A stretch of 64,000 nucleotides of DNA from Escherichia coli (GCF_048403405.1 NZ_CP183129.1); one strand, 5' to 3'. Counted from the stretch's first letter, positions 14,278-27,492 are shown. Notes: generated by a model not told the origin, from the letters alone. Program-made: numbers and translations.

Positions 14278-14292
14278 GTAAAACAACGTAAA
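14278..14292. promoter_or_regulatory. CpxR~P binding site GTAAA-N5-GTAAA in the divergent cpxP/cpxRA promoter region
   Basis: gtaaaacaacgtaaa exactly matches the CpxR consensus GTAAA(N5)GTAAA. A reverse half-site (tttac) lies at 14243-14247. Confidence 0.75.
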
Positions 14293-14347
14293 GTCATGGA
14301 TTAGCGACGTCTGATGACGTAATTTCTGCCTCGGAGGTATTTAAACA

Positions 14348-15046
14348 ATGAATAAAATCCTGTTAGTTGATGATGACCGAGAGCTGACTTCCCTATTAAA
14401 GGAGCTGCTCGAGATGGAAGGCTTCAACGTGATTGTTGCCCACGATGGGGAACAGGCGCTTGATCTTCTGGACGACAGCATTGATTTACTTTTGCTTGAT
14501 GTAATGATGCCGAAGAAAAATGGTATCGACACATTAAAAGCACTTCGCCAGACACACCAGACGCCTGTCATTATGTTGACGGCGCGCGGCAGTGAACTTG
14601 ATCGCGTTCTCGGCCTTGAGCTGGGCGCAGATGACTATCTCCCGAAACCGTTTAATGATCGTGAGCTGGTGGCACGTATTCGCGCGATCCTGCGCCGTTC
14701 GCACTGGAGCGAGCAACAGCAAAACAACGACAACGGTTCACCGACACTGGAAGTTGATGCCTTAGTGCTGAATCCAGGCCGTCAGGAAGCCAGCTTCGAC
14801 GGGCAAACGCTGGAGTTAACCGGCACTGAGTTTACCCTGCTCTATTTGCTGGCACAGCATCTGGGTCAGGTAGTTTCCCGTGAACATTTAAGCCAGGAAG
14901 TGCTGGGCAAACGCCTGACGCCTTTCGACCGCGCTATTGATATGCACATTTCCAACCTGCGTCGTAAACTGCCGGATCGTAAAGATGGTCACCCGTGGTT
15001 TAAAACCTTGCGTGGTCGCGGCTATCTGATGGTTTCTGCTTCATGA
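14348..15046 (+). CDS. cpxR: envelope-stress response regulator CpxR
   Basis: 232-aa ORF MNKILLVDDDRELTSLLKELLEMEGF..., OmpR-family. Confidence 0.97.
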   Translation: MNKILLVDDDRELTSLLKELLEMEGFNVIVAHDGEQALDLLDDSIDLLLLDVMMPKKNGIDTLKALRQTHQTPVIMLTARGSELDRVLGLELGADDYLPKPFNDRELVARIRAILRRSHWSEQQQNNDNGSPTLEVDALVLNPGRQEASFDGQTLELTGTEFTLLYLLAQHLGQVVSREHLSQEVLGKRLTPFDRAIDMHISNLRRKLPDRKDGHPWFKTLRGRGYLMVSAS

Positions 15047-16416
15047 TAGGCAGCTTAACCGCGCGCATCTTCGCCATCTTCTGGCTGACGCTGGCGCTGG
15101 TGTTGATGTTGGTTTTGATGTTACCCAAGCTCGATTCACGCCAGATGACCGAGCTTCTGGATAGCGAACAGCGTCAGGGTCTGATGATTGAGCAGCATGT
15201 CGAAGCGGAGCTGGCGAACGATCCGCCCAATGATTTAATGTGGTGGCGGCGTCTGTTCCGGGCGATTGATAAGTGGGCACCGCCAGGACAGCGTTTGTTA
15301 TTGGTGACCACCGAAGGCCGCGTGATCGGCGCTGAACGCAGCGAAATGCAGATCATTCGTAACTTTATTGGTCAGGCCGATAACGCCGATCATCCGCAGA
15401 AGAAAAAGTATGGACGCGTGGAACTGGTCGGTCCGTTCTCCGTGCGTGATGGCGAAGATAATTACCAACTTTATCTGATTCGTCCGGCCAGCAGTTCTCA
15501 ATCCGATTTCATTAACTTACTGTTTGACCGCCCGCTATTACTGCTGATTGTCACCATGTTGGTCAGTACGCCGCTGCTGTTGTGGTTGGCCTGGAGTCTG
15601 GCAAAACCGGCGCGTAAGCTGAAAAACGCGGCCGATGAAGTTGCCCAGGGAAACTTACGTCAGCACCCGGAACTGGAAGCGGGGCCACAGGAATTCCTTG
15701 CCGCAGGTGCCAGTTTTAACCAGATGGTCACCGCGCTGGAGCGCATGATGACCTCTCAGCAGCGTCTACTTTCTGATATCTCTCACGAACTGCGCACCCC
15801 GCTGACGCGTCTGCAACTGGGTACGGCGTTACTGCGCCGTCGTAGCGGTGAAAGCAAGGAACTGGAGCGTATTGAAACCGAAGCGCAACGTCTGGACAGC
15901 ATGATCAACGATCTGTTGGTGATGTCACGTAATCAGCAGAAAAATGCGCTGGTTAGCGAGACCATCAAAGCCAACCAGTTGTGGAGTGAAGTGCTGGATA
16001 ACGCGGCGTTCGAAGCCGAGCAGATGGGCAAGTCGTTGACGGTTAACTTCCCGCCTGGGCCGTGGCCGCTGTACGGCAATCCGAACGCCCTGGAAAGTGC
16101 GCTGGAAAACATTGTTCGTAATGCTCTGCGTTATTCCCATACGAAGATTGAAGTGGGCTTTGCGGTAGATAAAGACGGTATCACCATTACGGTGGACGAC
16201 GATGGTCCTGGCGTTAGCCCGGAAGATCGCGAACAGATTTTCCGTCCGTTCTATCGGACCGATGAAGCACGCGATCGTGAATCTGGCGGTACAGGTTTGG
16301 GGCTGGCGATTGTTGAAACCGCCATTCAGCAGCATCGTGGCTGGGTTAAAGCGGAAGACAGCCCGCTGGGCGGTTTACGGCTGGTGATTTGGTTGCCGCT
16401 GTATAAGCGGAGTTAA
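15043..16416 (+). CDS. cpxA: envelope-stress sensor histidine kinase CpxA
   Basis: 457-aa ORF with the H-box SHELRTPLTRL. The start overlaps the cpxR stop by 4 bp. Confidence 0.97.
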   Translation: MIGSLTARIFAIFWLTLALVLMLVLMLPKLDSRQMTELLDSEQRQGLMIEQHVEAELANDPPNDLMWWRRLFRAIDKWAPPGQRLLLVTTEGRVIGAERSEMQIIRNFIGQADNADHPQKKKYGRVELVGPFSVRDGEDNYQLYLIRPASSSQSDFINLLFDRPLLLLIVTMLVSTPLLLWLAWSLAKPARKLKNAADEVAQGNLRQHPELEAGPQEFLAAGASFNQMVTALERMMTSQQRLLSDISHELRTPLTRLQLGTALLRRRSGESKELERIETEAQRLDSMINDLLVMSRNQQKNALVSETIKANQLWSEVLDNAAFEAEQMGKSLTVNFPPGPWPLYGNPNALESALENIVRNALRYSHTKIEVGFAVDKDGITITVDDDGPGVSPEDREQIFRPFYRTDEARDRESGGTGLGLAIVETAIQQHRGWVKAEDSPLGGLRLVIWLPLYKRS

Positions 16417-16439
16417 ACTCGGCGCAGAGCCGTCCCCTT

Positions 16440-16640
16440 CGGGGTGAAGACAACAGGTCAGCACTGTGCGAACTGATACCCTCACCCCGGCCCTCTCCCT
16501 GAAAGGGCGAGGGGGAAAAACGTAGCCCTGTTCAGCAACGGAGCTGAGCACCGCTCCGGACAGTCCCCTCGCCCCTCTGGGGAGAGGGTTAGGGTGAGGG
16601 GAAAAATTCAGCACAATGCAAACGGCACTGCTCTCACCGG
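16440..16640. repeat. large imperfect GC-rich palindromic intergenic repeat (boxC-like) between cpxA and yiiM
   Basis: Three pairs of nested inverted motifs are arranged symmetrically about position ~16540. The pairs are ccctcacccc/gggtgaggg, ccctctccc/ggggagaggg and gggcgagggg/cccctcgccc. Confidence 0.6.
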
Positions 16641-16671
16641 AAACCATGCCAGATTTCGTATTAAGGCAGAC

Positions 16672-17346
16672 TTATTTTCCCCACAACCGGCGGGAAAAAT
16701 CTTCGATCTTGCCGCTCAGTCGGCGCTTTTGCATCGTCCGCGTCCAGCTTTTCGATAACCCGGCGGCGGAGAGTAAACGGTGATACTGCTCGTCATCAAA
16801 CGGCATATGCCATGCGATGGCGGCAGCCTCCTGCACGGTCACATCACTGACACGGGAAACCAACTCCAGCGGCGCATCAGCAGATACCAACCCTGGCGCA
16901 ATCACGCTATACAACCACCCCACTTTACCCGTGTTTTGCATCAACTGCGCTATATCGCTGATATCAAAATGGTAATTGAGTTTATAGCAAGGTGAGCGTG
17001 GCTGGCTGACCTGAATTAATGCCTCTCCCCAGCGGAAAATATCGCCAATATAAACATTACTTTCCGTCAGACCGTCGGTTGAGAGATTTTCGCCAAACGC
17101 AGGCGCAACAAACAACTCCGCCTGTTCCGGAAATTCCCGCGCCCAGTAGAGATAGTGCTCACGAGGATAATGACACAGCGCTCTGTCTGGCCCGCCGTGA
17201 ACCTTTTTCTCCGCCTGCTCGTCACCTTCCAGCCCCAGCTCCGTCAGCATCAACTCACCATCAACCTGGATTTTAGCAATTGCGCTGGGTTTGCCTTCGG
17301 GATAAGCCTGAATCTTGCCTGTGTATACATCAACCGGATATCGCAT
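16672..17346 (-). CDS. yiiM: MOSC-domain protein YiiM (6-N-hydroxylaminopurine resistance)
   Basis: The ORF contains MRYPVDVYTGKIQAYPEGKPSAIAK...; the 224-aa YiiM starts at the internal ATG at 17346. Confidence 0.85.
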   Translation of the reverse strand: MRYPVDVYTGKIQAYPEGKPSAIAKIQVDGELMLTELGLEGDEQAEKKVHGGPDRALCHYPREHYLYWAREFPEQAELFVAPAFGENLSTDGLTESNVYIGDIFRWGEALIQVSQPRSPCYKLNYHFDISDIAQLMQNTGKVGWLYSVIAPGLVSADAPLELVSRVSDVTVQEAAAIAWHMPFDDEQYHRLLSAAGLSKSWTRTMQKRRLSGKIEDFSRRLWGK

Positions 17347-17494
17347 CTGTTCCCTCTCCACGAGAAATTTCCCCATTAGACCATATTTATTTTATGTCAG
17401 GCGTGCTGTTTTCGCGGTAAGTATCCAGGCAGGAACTCAATAGCAAACCGGACGAACGTTAGTTCATCCGGCTGTGGGGATTAAGGAAGCAGGT

Positions 17495-18478
17495 TTATTT
17501 CACCGTACCTAAAATTTCGATTTTCGCTGCTCTGGCTTTGACTTTACGTGACCAGATAGAGGTAAGAATTGGCACCAGAATCGAAGTCACAATGACCGCC
17601 GTCGCGACCAGCGAAGTTGCTGCCGGAGCCATCGGTTTAAACGCAGGCACCATTTCTGCAATCAGCACAGGTGTCGCTACCGCGGCCCCTGCGGAACTGG
17701 AAGCGGCAATTCCGGCAGTGCCATCGCCACCGCCAATCAATTTATCGGCGATAATCAACGGAATACCGGTCACGATAATTACTGCCACACCCAACAGGAT
17801 CCCCAGCAAACCTGTCTGGGCAATTACAGTCAAATCAATGGTATTGCCCAGCGCGAAGGCAAAGAATGGAATCAGCGTCTGCACCGCTTTGCTGAAAAAT
17901 TCTCGTAATTCAGGGTCAAGGTTCCCAAGGGCAAAGCCCACCAGGAACGGTAATACTGCGCCGACGAAAACATGCGGTTCAAACGAGGCAATCCCGGCAG
18001 TGCCCAGAATAATCATCGTCATGAGCGGCCCGGACTCCAATGACATCAACACAAATGCCCCAGCTTCTTCTTTTGTGCCGTACTGCTGCATGATGGAAGC
18101 GTAAAGTCCGCCGTTGGTCATATCCATCGCCGCCACCAGCGCCAGCGTTGAAAGTCCGGCAAAGAATCCAACTTCAACACCATGTTCCGGAATAATGCGC
18201 GAGGCAATTGCCGCAACCACCCACGCGACGGCAATTTTTGTTACCACCAGCGTACCGGATTTACGCAATACCGTTCCCGTCGCGCTTAATTGTATTGACG
18301 CCCCCATGCAAAAAAACCACACCGCCAGAATGGGCACCGTACCGGTAATCATCCCGTTGGTGAATGATCCAAAATATTTCCCCGCCTCCGGCGAGAAGGT
18401 GTGGCACAGTGCGCCAAGGAATAGCGGGACGAGCATCATCCCCCCGGGATTTTCTCAATCGAGCGTTTTATCTGCATT
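17495..18478 (-). CDS. kdgT: 2-keto-3-deoxygluconate permease KdgT, with an apparent -1 frameshift at codon 13 in a G-run (intact as 314 aa only from the ATG at 18439)
   Basis: The frame starting at the ATG at 18476-18478 gives [13 protein letters not shown], then stops. The [23 protein letters not shown]... remainder follows in the +1 frame. Together these reconstitute the 327-aa KdgT N-terminus. The shift lies in cccgggggg (18425-18440). Confidence 0.8.
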
Positions 18479-18596
18479 TCCATCACCTGTCGGCATATTT
18501 TTAAGGGCTGATGCGTAATTCCTCAATGGAGCATCAGTGTTGATGGAAACGAAGATAGACATTCATTTAATCAATAAAAGTGATCAAAACCACATC

Positions 18597-18617
18597 AATT
18601 GAAACACTGTTTTATTT
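18597..18617. promoter_or_regulatory. KdgR-type operator (aattgaaacactgttttattt) in the kdgT promoter
   Basis: Near-palindromic AATTGAAAC-ACT-GTTTTATTT resembles the KdgR consensus. It lies 120-140 bp upstream of the kdgT start. Confidence 0.55.
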
Positions 18618-18664
18618 TTATCGGATCATTGTTTTTATTTTGAAATTGATCACAAATAAATATC

Positions 18665-19365
18665 CTCCGGCATAGCCGGAGGTTTTTCAAATGCGCCTAT
18701 AAGGCTCTCTTACCAGCCGCGCCCTAACAGGCGCACACGATCTGACATTTGCATCCAACTTCGTTACTTACGGCCCGTAAACGGGCTGCCCGGATAGGGA
18801 ATCGATAACTGCTCTCCCATTTTATCCTCTTCAAGCTGGTGCTTTATGTAATCCTGTATCTTCGCCGTGTTCTTACCCACCGTATCGACGTAGTACCCTC
18901 TGCACCAGAACTCCCTGTTCCTGTATTTGAATTTCAAATCACCAAACTGCTCGTAAAGCATCAGACTGCTTTTCCCTTTCAGATATCCCATAAAGCCGGA
19001 TACGCTCATTTTGGGCGGGATCTCCACAAGCATATGGATATGATCTGCACAGCATTCAGCTTCCAGAATCCGTACACTTTTCCACTCACACAGCTTTCTC
19101 AAAATACTGCCTATTGCTCTACGCTTCTCTCTGTAGAACACCTGTCTTCGGTATTTTGGCGCAAAAACTATGTGATATTTACAGTTCCATCGGGTGTGCG
19201 CTAAGCTCTTTTCGTTCCCCATTGGGACCCCCTTTTGATTTCTTGTTTGACACTTGCAGTTGCCAGACCGCAAGGTGTTTTAACAAATCAAAAGGGGTTT
19301 TAATAACTGGCTTAAAGCTGAAAGCTTTCCGGAACCCCCAGCCTAGCTGGGGGTTTTCTGTGCAC
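18665..19365 (-). mobile_element. IS200-family insertion sequence (IS200/IS605 family, single tnpA). Boundaries are approximate.
   Basis: About 700 bp of extra DNA between kdgT and sodA relative to K-12. It carries a Y1 HuH transposase gene and the characteristic perfect hairpin cccccagc-cta-gctggggg (19335-19353) at the tnpA-proximal end. There are no terminal inverted repeats, as expected for IS200. Confidence 0.7.
18764..19222 (-). CDS. tnpA: IS200-type transposase TnpA (Y1 HuH tyrosine transposase)
   Basis: MGNEKSLAHTRWNCKYHIVFAPKYRRQVFY...HIHMLVEIPPK...: the HuH motif (HIHML) and catalytic region are typical of IS200 TnpA, about 152 aa. The ORF finder extends 17 codons upstream. Confidence 0.85.
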   Translation of the reverse strand: MGNEKSLAHTRWNCKYHIVFAPKYRRQVFYREKRRAIGSILRKLCEWKSVRILEAECCADHIHMLVEIPPKMSVSGFMGYLKGKSSLMLYEQFGDLKFKYRNREFWCRGYYVDTVGKNTAKIQDYIKHQLEEDKMGEQLSIPYPGSPFTGRK

Positions 19366-19396
19366 AACAAAAAAACCACCGCCGTTGGCGATGGTT
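19366..19396 (-). terminator. sodA rho-independent terminator
   Basis: On the - strand: accatcgcc-aac-ggcggtggt followed by T7-9, 55 bp downstream of the sodA stop. The IS200 copy is inserted immediately beyond it. Confidence 0.7.
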
Positions 19397-19451
19397 CATT
19401 TTTTAAGCTGATATGCGGCGTAAACGCCTCATTGCAGCAGGCGGCAAATGA

Positions 19452-20072
19452 TTATTTTTTCGCCGCGAAACGTGCCGCTGCTTCGTCCCAGTTCACCACG
19501 TTCCAGAACTCTTTGATGTAGTCAGGACGGCGGTTCTGGAATTTCAGGTAGTAAGCATGTTCCCACACATCCAGGCCCAGAATCGGGAAGCCGGAAGCGC
19601 CAGAAATAGCTTCACCCATCAGCGGGGAGTCCTGGTTAGCAGTAGAAACCACCGCCAGTTTATCGCCTTTCAGCACCAGCCATGCCCAGCCGGAACCAAA
19701 GCGGGAAGCTGCCGCTTTTTCAAATTCTGCTTTGAAGTTATCAACGGAGCCGAAGTCACGTTCGATAGCCGCTTTCAGGTCACCCTGCAGGGTGGTGCCT
19801 TTTTTCAGACCTTTCCAGAACAGGCTGTGGTTAGCGTGACCGCCAGCGTTGTTGCGCAGTACGGTTTTCTTGTCTGCTGGCAGCTGGTCCAGTTTGGTGA
19901 TCAGCTCTTCAACCGGCAGGTTGGCAAATTCTGGCAGGCTTTCCAGCGCCGCGTTGGCGTTGTTGACGTAGGTCTGATGGTGTTTGGTGTGGTGGATTTC
20001 CATGGTCTGCTTATCGAAGTGCGGTTCCAGGGCATCGTAAGCATACGGCAGGGATGGCAGGGTATAACTCAT
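19452..20072 (-). CDS. sodA: Mn superoxide dismutase
   Basis: The ORF contains [38 protein letters not shown]...; the 206-aa SodA starts at 20072. Confidence 0.97.
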   Translation of the reverse strand: MSYTLPSLPYAYDALEPHFDKQTMEIHHTKHHQTYVNNANAALESLPEFANLPVEELITKLDQLPADKKTVLRNNAGGHANHSLFWKGLKKGTTLQGDLKAAIERDFGSVDNFKAEFEKAAASRFGSGWAWLVLKGDKLAVVSTANQDSPLMGEAISGASGFPILGLDVWEHAYYLKFQNRRPDYIKEFWNVVNWDEAAARFAAKK

Positions 20073-20144
20073 ATTCATCTCCAGTGTTGTCGGGCGGCCG
20101 ATTGTTAATGCCGCGTAAGCAGTTGGTTCATTATAGTTAATTAA

Positions 20145-20168
20145 ATGATATTGAAAATGATTATCAAT
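20145..20168. promoter_or_regulatory. Fur box in the sodA promoter
   Basis: aatgatattgaaaatgattatcaat matches the Fur consensus GATAATGATAATCATTATC well, about 75 bp upstream of the sodA start. The region is divergent with rhaT. Confidence 0.65.
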
Positions 20169-20356
20169 GCCGTACTTTTCGTAAGGGTATGGTTTTGCAG
20201 GAAAATGCCCGAGATGTGAAGCAAATCACCCACTTAATGCCGTGATTGCCAGTAAATCGACAACGGCGGCAACAGGCGAAAGGTTAATCGACAGCACGAT
20301 TTTTACACTCATCTCGTCGGAGATGTGACGCGACGAAAAATGATGAGGATAAGAAG

Positions 20357-21391
20357 ATGAGTAACGCGATTACGATGGGGATATTTTGGCATTTGATCGG
20401 CGCGGCCAGTGCAGCCTGTTTTTACGCTCCGTTCAAAAAAGTAAAAAAATGGTCATGGGAAACCATGTGGTCAGTTGGTGGGATTGTTTCGTGGATTATT
20501 CTGCCGTGGGCCATCAGCGCCCTGTTACTACCGAATTTCTGGGCGTATTACAGCTCGTTTAGTCTCTCTACGCTGCTGCCTGTTTTTCTGTTCGGCGCAA
20601 TGTGGGGGATTGGTAATATCAACTACGGCCTGACCATGCGTTATCTCGGCATGTCGATGGGGATTGGTATCGCCATTGGTATCACGTTGATTGTTGGTAC
20701 GCTGATGACGCCAATTATCAACGGCAATTTCGATGTGTTGATCAATACCGAAGGTGGACGCATGACATTGCTCGGCGTTCTGGTGGCGCTGATTGGTGTA
20801 GGGATTGTGACTCGCGCCGGGCAGTTGAAAGAGCGCAAGATGGGCATTAAAGCCGAAGAGTTCAACCTGAAAAAAGGGCTGGTGCTGGCGGTGATGTGCG
20901 GCATTTTCTCTGCCGGAATGTCCTTTGCGATGAACGCCGCAAAACCGATGCATGAAGCCGCTGCCGCACTGGGCGTCGATCCACTGTATGTCGCTCTGCC
21001 AAGCTATGTTGTCATCATGGGCGGCGGCGCGATCATTAACCTCGGTTTCTGCTTCATTCGTCTGGCAAAAGTGAAGGATTTGTCGCTAAAAGCCGACTTC
21101 TCGCTGGCAAAACCGCTGATCATTCACAATGTGTTACTCTCAGCACTGGGCGGGTTGATGTGGTATCTGCAATTCTTTTTCTATGCCTGGGGCCACGCGC
21201 GTATTCCGGCGCAGTATGACTACATCAGCTGGATGCTGCATATGAGCTTCTATGTATTGTGCGGCGGTATCGTCGGGCTGGTGCTCAAAGAGTGGAACAA
21301 TGCAGGTCGCCGTCCGGTAACGGTGTTGAGCCTCGGTTGTGTAGTGATTATTGTCGCCGCCAACATCGTCGGCATGGGCATGGCGAATTAA
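20357..21391 (+). CDS. rhaT: L-rhamnose-proton symporter RhaT
   Basis: 344-aa, 10-[31 protein letters not shown]..., full-length match. Confidence 0.95.
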   Translation: MSNAITMGIFWHLIGAASAACFYAPFKKVKKWSWETMWSVGGIVSWIILPWAISALLLPNFWAYYSSFSLSTLLPVFLFGAMWGIGNINYGLTMRYLGMSMGIGIAIGITLIVGTLMTPIINGNFDVLINTEGGRMTLLGVLVALIGVGIVTRAGQLKERKMGIKAEEFNLKKGLVLAVMCGIFSAGMSFAMNAAKPMHEAAAALGVDPLYVALPSYVVIMGGGAIINLGFCFIRLAKVKDLSLKADFSLAKPLIIHNVLLSALGGLMWYLQFFFYAWGHARIPAQYDYISWMLHMSFYVLCGGIVGLVLKEWNNAGRRPVTVLSLGCVVIIVAANIVGMGMAN

Positions 21392-22326
21392 TCTTTCTGC
21401 GAATTGAGATGACGCCACTGGCTGGGCGTCATCCCGGTTTCCCGGGTAAACACCACCGAAAAATAGTTACTATCTTCAAAGCCACATTCGGTTGAAATAT
21501 CACTGATTAACAGGCGGCTATGCTGGAGAAGATATTGCGCATGACACACTCTGACCTGCCGCAGATATTGATTGATGGTCATGCCAGTCTGCTGGCGAAA
21601 TTGCTGACGCAAAACGCGCTCACTGCACGATGCCTCATCACAAAATTTATCCAGCGCAAAGGGACTTTTCAGGCTGGCCGCCAGCCGGGTAATCAGCTTA
21701 TCCAGCAACGTTTCGCTGGATGTTGGCGGCAACGAATCGCTGGTGTAACGATGGCGATTCAGCAACATCACCAACTGCCCGAACAGCAACTCTGCCATTT
21801 CGTTAGCAAACGGCACATGCTGACTACTTTCATGCTCAAGTTGACCGATAACCTGCCGCGCCTGCGCCATCCCCACGCTACCTAAGCGCCAGTGTGGCTG
21901 CCCTGCGCTGGCACTAAATCCCGGAATCGCCCCCTGCCAGTCAAGATTCAGCTTCAGCCGCTCCGGGCAATAAATAATATTCTGCAAAACCAGATCGTTA
22001 ACGGAAGCGTAGGAGTGTTTATCGTCAGCATGAATGTAAAAGAGATCGCCACGGGTAATGCGATAAGGGCGATCGTTGAGTACATGCAGACCATTACCGC
22101 GCCAGACAATCACCAGCTCACAAAAATCATGTGTATGTTCGGCAAAGACATCTTGCGGATAACGGTCAGCCACAGCGACTGCCTGCTGGTCGCTGGCAAA
22201 AAAATCATCTTTGAGAAGTTTTAACTGATGCGCCACCGTGGCTACCTCGGCCAGAGAACGAAGTTGATTATTCGCAATATGGCGTACAAATACGTTGAGA
22301 AGATTCGCGTTATTGCAGAAAACCAT
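21388..22326 (-). CDS. rhaR: AraC-family rhamnose regulator RhaR
   Basis: The ORF contains ...[44 protein letters not shown]... plus a C-terminal AraC HTH. Here the longer M(V/A)FCNNANLL start is used (312 aa). The shorter annotated starts lie within this ORF. Confidence 0.85.
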   Translation of the reverse strand: MVFCNNANLLNVFVRHIANNQLRSLAEVATVAHQLKLLKDDFFASDQQAVAVADRYPQDVFAEHTHDFCELVIVWRGNGLHVLNDRPYRITRGDLFYIHADDKHSYASVNDLVLQNIIYCPERLKLNLDWQGAIPGFSASAGQPHWRLGSVGMAQARQVIGQLEHESSQHVPFANEMAELLFGQLVMLLNRHRYTSDSLPPTSSETLLDKLITRLAASLKSPFALDKFCDEASCSERVLRQQFRQQTGMTINQYLRQVRVCHAQYLLQHSRLLISDISTECGFEDSNYFSVVFTRETGMTPSQWRHLNSQKD

Positions 22327-23146
22327 CCCGTCCCTGACGAATATCACGCGGTGACCAGTTAAACTCTCGGCGAAAAAGCGTCGAAAAGTGGTTACTGTCG
22401 CTGAATCCGCAGCGATAGGCGATGTCAGTAACGCTGGCCTCGCTGTGGCGTAGCAGATGTCGGGCTTTCATCAGTCGCAGGCGGTTCAGGTAACGCTGAG
22501 GCGTCAGTCCCGTTTTCTGCTTAAGCTGCCGATGTAGCGTACGCAGCGAAAGAGAAAATTGATCCGCCACGGCATCCCAATTTACCTCATCGGCAAAATG
22601 GTCCTCCAGCCAGGCCAGAAGCAAGTTGAGACGTGACGCGCTGTTTTCCAGGTTCTCCTGCAAACTGCTTTTACGCAGCAAGAGCAGTAATTGCATAAAT
22701 AAGATCTCGCGACTGGCGGTCGAGGGTAAATCATTTTCCTCTTCCTGCTGTTCCATCTGTGCAACCAGCTGTCGCACCTGCTGCAACACGCTGTGGTTAA
22801 CGCGCCAGTGAGACGGATACTGCCCATCCAGCTCTTGTGGCAGCAACTGATTCAGCCCGGCGAGAAACTGAAATCGATCCGGCGAGCGATACAGCACATT
22901 GGTCAGACACAGATTATCGGTATGTTCATACAGATGCCGATCATGATCGCGTACGAAACAGACCGTGCCACCGGTGATGGTATAGGGCTGCCCATTAAAC
23001 ACATGAATACCCGTGCCATGTTCGACAATCACAATTTCATGAAAATCATGATGATGTTCAGGAAAATCCGCCTGCGGGAGCCGGGGTTCTATCGCCACGG
23101 ACGCGTTACCAGACGGAAAAAAATCCACACTATGTAATACGGTCAT
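22310..23146 (-). CDS. rhaS: AraC-family rhamnose regulator RhaS
   Basis: 278-aa [44 protein letters not shown]... It overlaps the rhaR start. Confidence 0.95.
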   Translation of the reverse strand: MTVLHSVDFFPSGNASVAIEPRLPQADFPEHHHDFHEIVIVEHGTGIHVFNGQPYTITGGTVCFVRDHDRHLYEHTDNLCLTNVLYRSPDRFQFLAGLNQLLPQELDGQYPSHWRVNHSVLQQVRQLVAQMEQQEEENDLPSTASREILFMQLLLLLRKSSLQENLENSASRLNLLLAWLEDHFADEVNWDAVADQFSLSLRTLHRQLKQKTGLTPQRYLNRLRLMKARHLLRHSEASVTDIAYRCGFSDSNHFSTLFRREFNWSPRDIRQGRDGFLQ

Positions 23147-26159
<3,013 letters not shown>

Positions 26160-26330
26160 ACACTGCCTGATGCGGCGCAAGCGCCTTATCCGGCCTACGG
26201 GTCGGCAATAGTTGTAGGCCTGATAAGACGCGACAGCGTCGCATCAGGCATTGATTGCCGGATGCGGCACGAGTGCCTTATCCGGCCTACAGATCGTATA
26301 TCCGGCAACAGGCACGGACGTCCAATTAAC
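26160..26330. repeat. BIME/REP cluster between rhaA and rhaD
   Basis: At least three REP units: gcctgatgcggcgcaagcgccttatccggcctac, gtaggcctgataagacgcgacagcgtcgcatcaggc and gccggatgcggcacgagtgccttatccggcctac. Confidence 0.8.
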
Positions 26331-26343
26331 AGGAACACAGAAC

Positions 26344-27168
26344 ATGCAAAACATTACCCAGTCCTGGTTTGTCCAGGGAATGATCAAAGCCACCACCGAC
26401 GCCTGGCTGAAAGGCTGGGACGAGCGCAATGGTGGTAACCTGACGCTGCGCCTGGATGACGCCGATATCGCGCCTTATCACGGCAACTTTCATGCACAAC
26501 CGCGCTATATCCCGCTCAGCCAGCCCATGCCTTTACTGGCAAATACACCGTTTATTGTCACCGGCTCCGGCAAATTCTTCCGCAACGTCCAGCTTGATCC
26601 TGCGGCTAACTTAGGCGTCGTAAAAGTCGACAGCGACGGCGCGGGCTACCACATTCTCTGGGGGCTAACTCACGAAGCCGTTCCAACCTCTGAACTTCCG
26701 GCGCACTTCCTCTCTCATTGCGAACGCATTAAAGCCACCAACGGTAAAGATCGGGTGATCATGCACTGCCATGCCACCAACCTGATCGCCCTTACCTACG
26801 TACTGGAAAACGACACCGCGGTCTTCACTCGCCAACTGTGGGAAGGCAGCACCGAATGTCTGGTAGTGTTCCCGGATGGCGTCGGCATTTTGCCGTGGAT
26901 GGTGCCCGGCACCGACGAAATCGGCCAGGCGACCGCACAGGAAATGCAAAAACATTCGCTGGTGTTGTGGCCCTTCCACGGCGTCTTCGGCAGCGGTCCG
27001 ACACTGGATGAAACATTCGGTTTAATCGACACCGCAGAAAAATCAGCACAAGTATTAGTGAAGGCTTATTCGATGGGCGGCATGAAACAGACCATCAGCC
27101 GTGAAGAGCTGATAGCGCTCGGCCAGCGTTTCGGCGTTACACCACTCGCCAGTGCGCTGGCGCTGTAA
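26344..27168 (+). CDS. rhaD: rhamnulose-1-phosphate aldolase
   Basis: The ORF contains [33 protein letters not shown]...; the 274-aa RhaD starts at ATG 26344. The ORF finder starts inside the REP cluster. Confidence 0.95.
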   Translation: MQNITQSWFVQGMIKATTDAWLKGWDERNGGNLTLRLDDADIAPYHGNFHAQPRYIPLSQPMPLLANTPFIVTGSGKFFRNVQLDPAANLGVVKVDSDGAGYHILWGLTHEAVPTSELPAHFLSHCERIKATNGKDRVIMHCHATNLIALTYVLENDTAVFTRQLWEGSTECLVVFPDGVGILPWMVPGTDEIGQATAQEMQKHSLVLWPFHGVFGSGPTLDETFGLIDTAEKSAQVLVKAYSMGGMKQTISREELIALGQRFGVTPLASALAL

Positions 27169-27177
27169 GGAGCAAAC

Positions 27178-27492
27178 ATGATCCGCAAAGCCTTTGTCAT
27201 GCAGGTTAACCCCGACGCCCACGAAGAGTATCAGCGTCGGCATAATCCAATCTGGCCGGAACTGGAAGCAGTGTTGAAATCTCACGGTGCGCATAACTAC
27301 GCCATTTACCTCGACAAAGCGCGTAATCTGCTATTTGCCACAGTAGAGATTGAATCTGAAGAACGGTGGAATGCGGTAGCCAGTACTGATGTTTGCCAAC
27401 GTTGGTGGAAATATATGACCGACGTTATGCCAGCTAACCCGGATAACAGCCCAGTCAGTAGCGAGCTGCAAGACGTGTTTTACCTGCCTTAA
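27178..27492 (+). CDS. rhaM: L-rhamnose mutarotase RhaM (YiiL)
   Basis: 104-aa [48 protein letters not shown]... Confidence 0.9.
   Translation: MIRKAFVMQVNPDAHEEYQRRHNPIWPELEAVLKSHGAHNYAIYLDKARNLLFATVEIESEERWNAVASTDVCQRWWKYMTDVMPANPDNSPVSSELQDVFYLP

Noticed and set aside
16375-16647. 90-aa ORF (…HPNPLPRGARGLSGAVLSSV…) between cpxA and yiiM
   Set aside because: It lies over the GC-rich palindromic repeat. The reading frame is produced by the repeat structure, with no RBS.
19375-19395. Hairpin accaccgcc-gttg-gcgatggt considered as the IS200 terminal stem-loop
   Set aside because: Read on the minus strand it is followed by a T-run, and it sits 55 bp after the sodA stop. It is better explained as the native sodA terminator. 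The IS200 hairpin is the separate perfect palindrome at 19335-19353.
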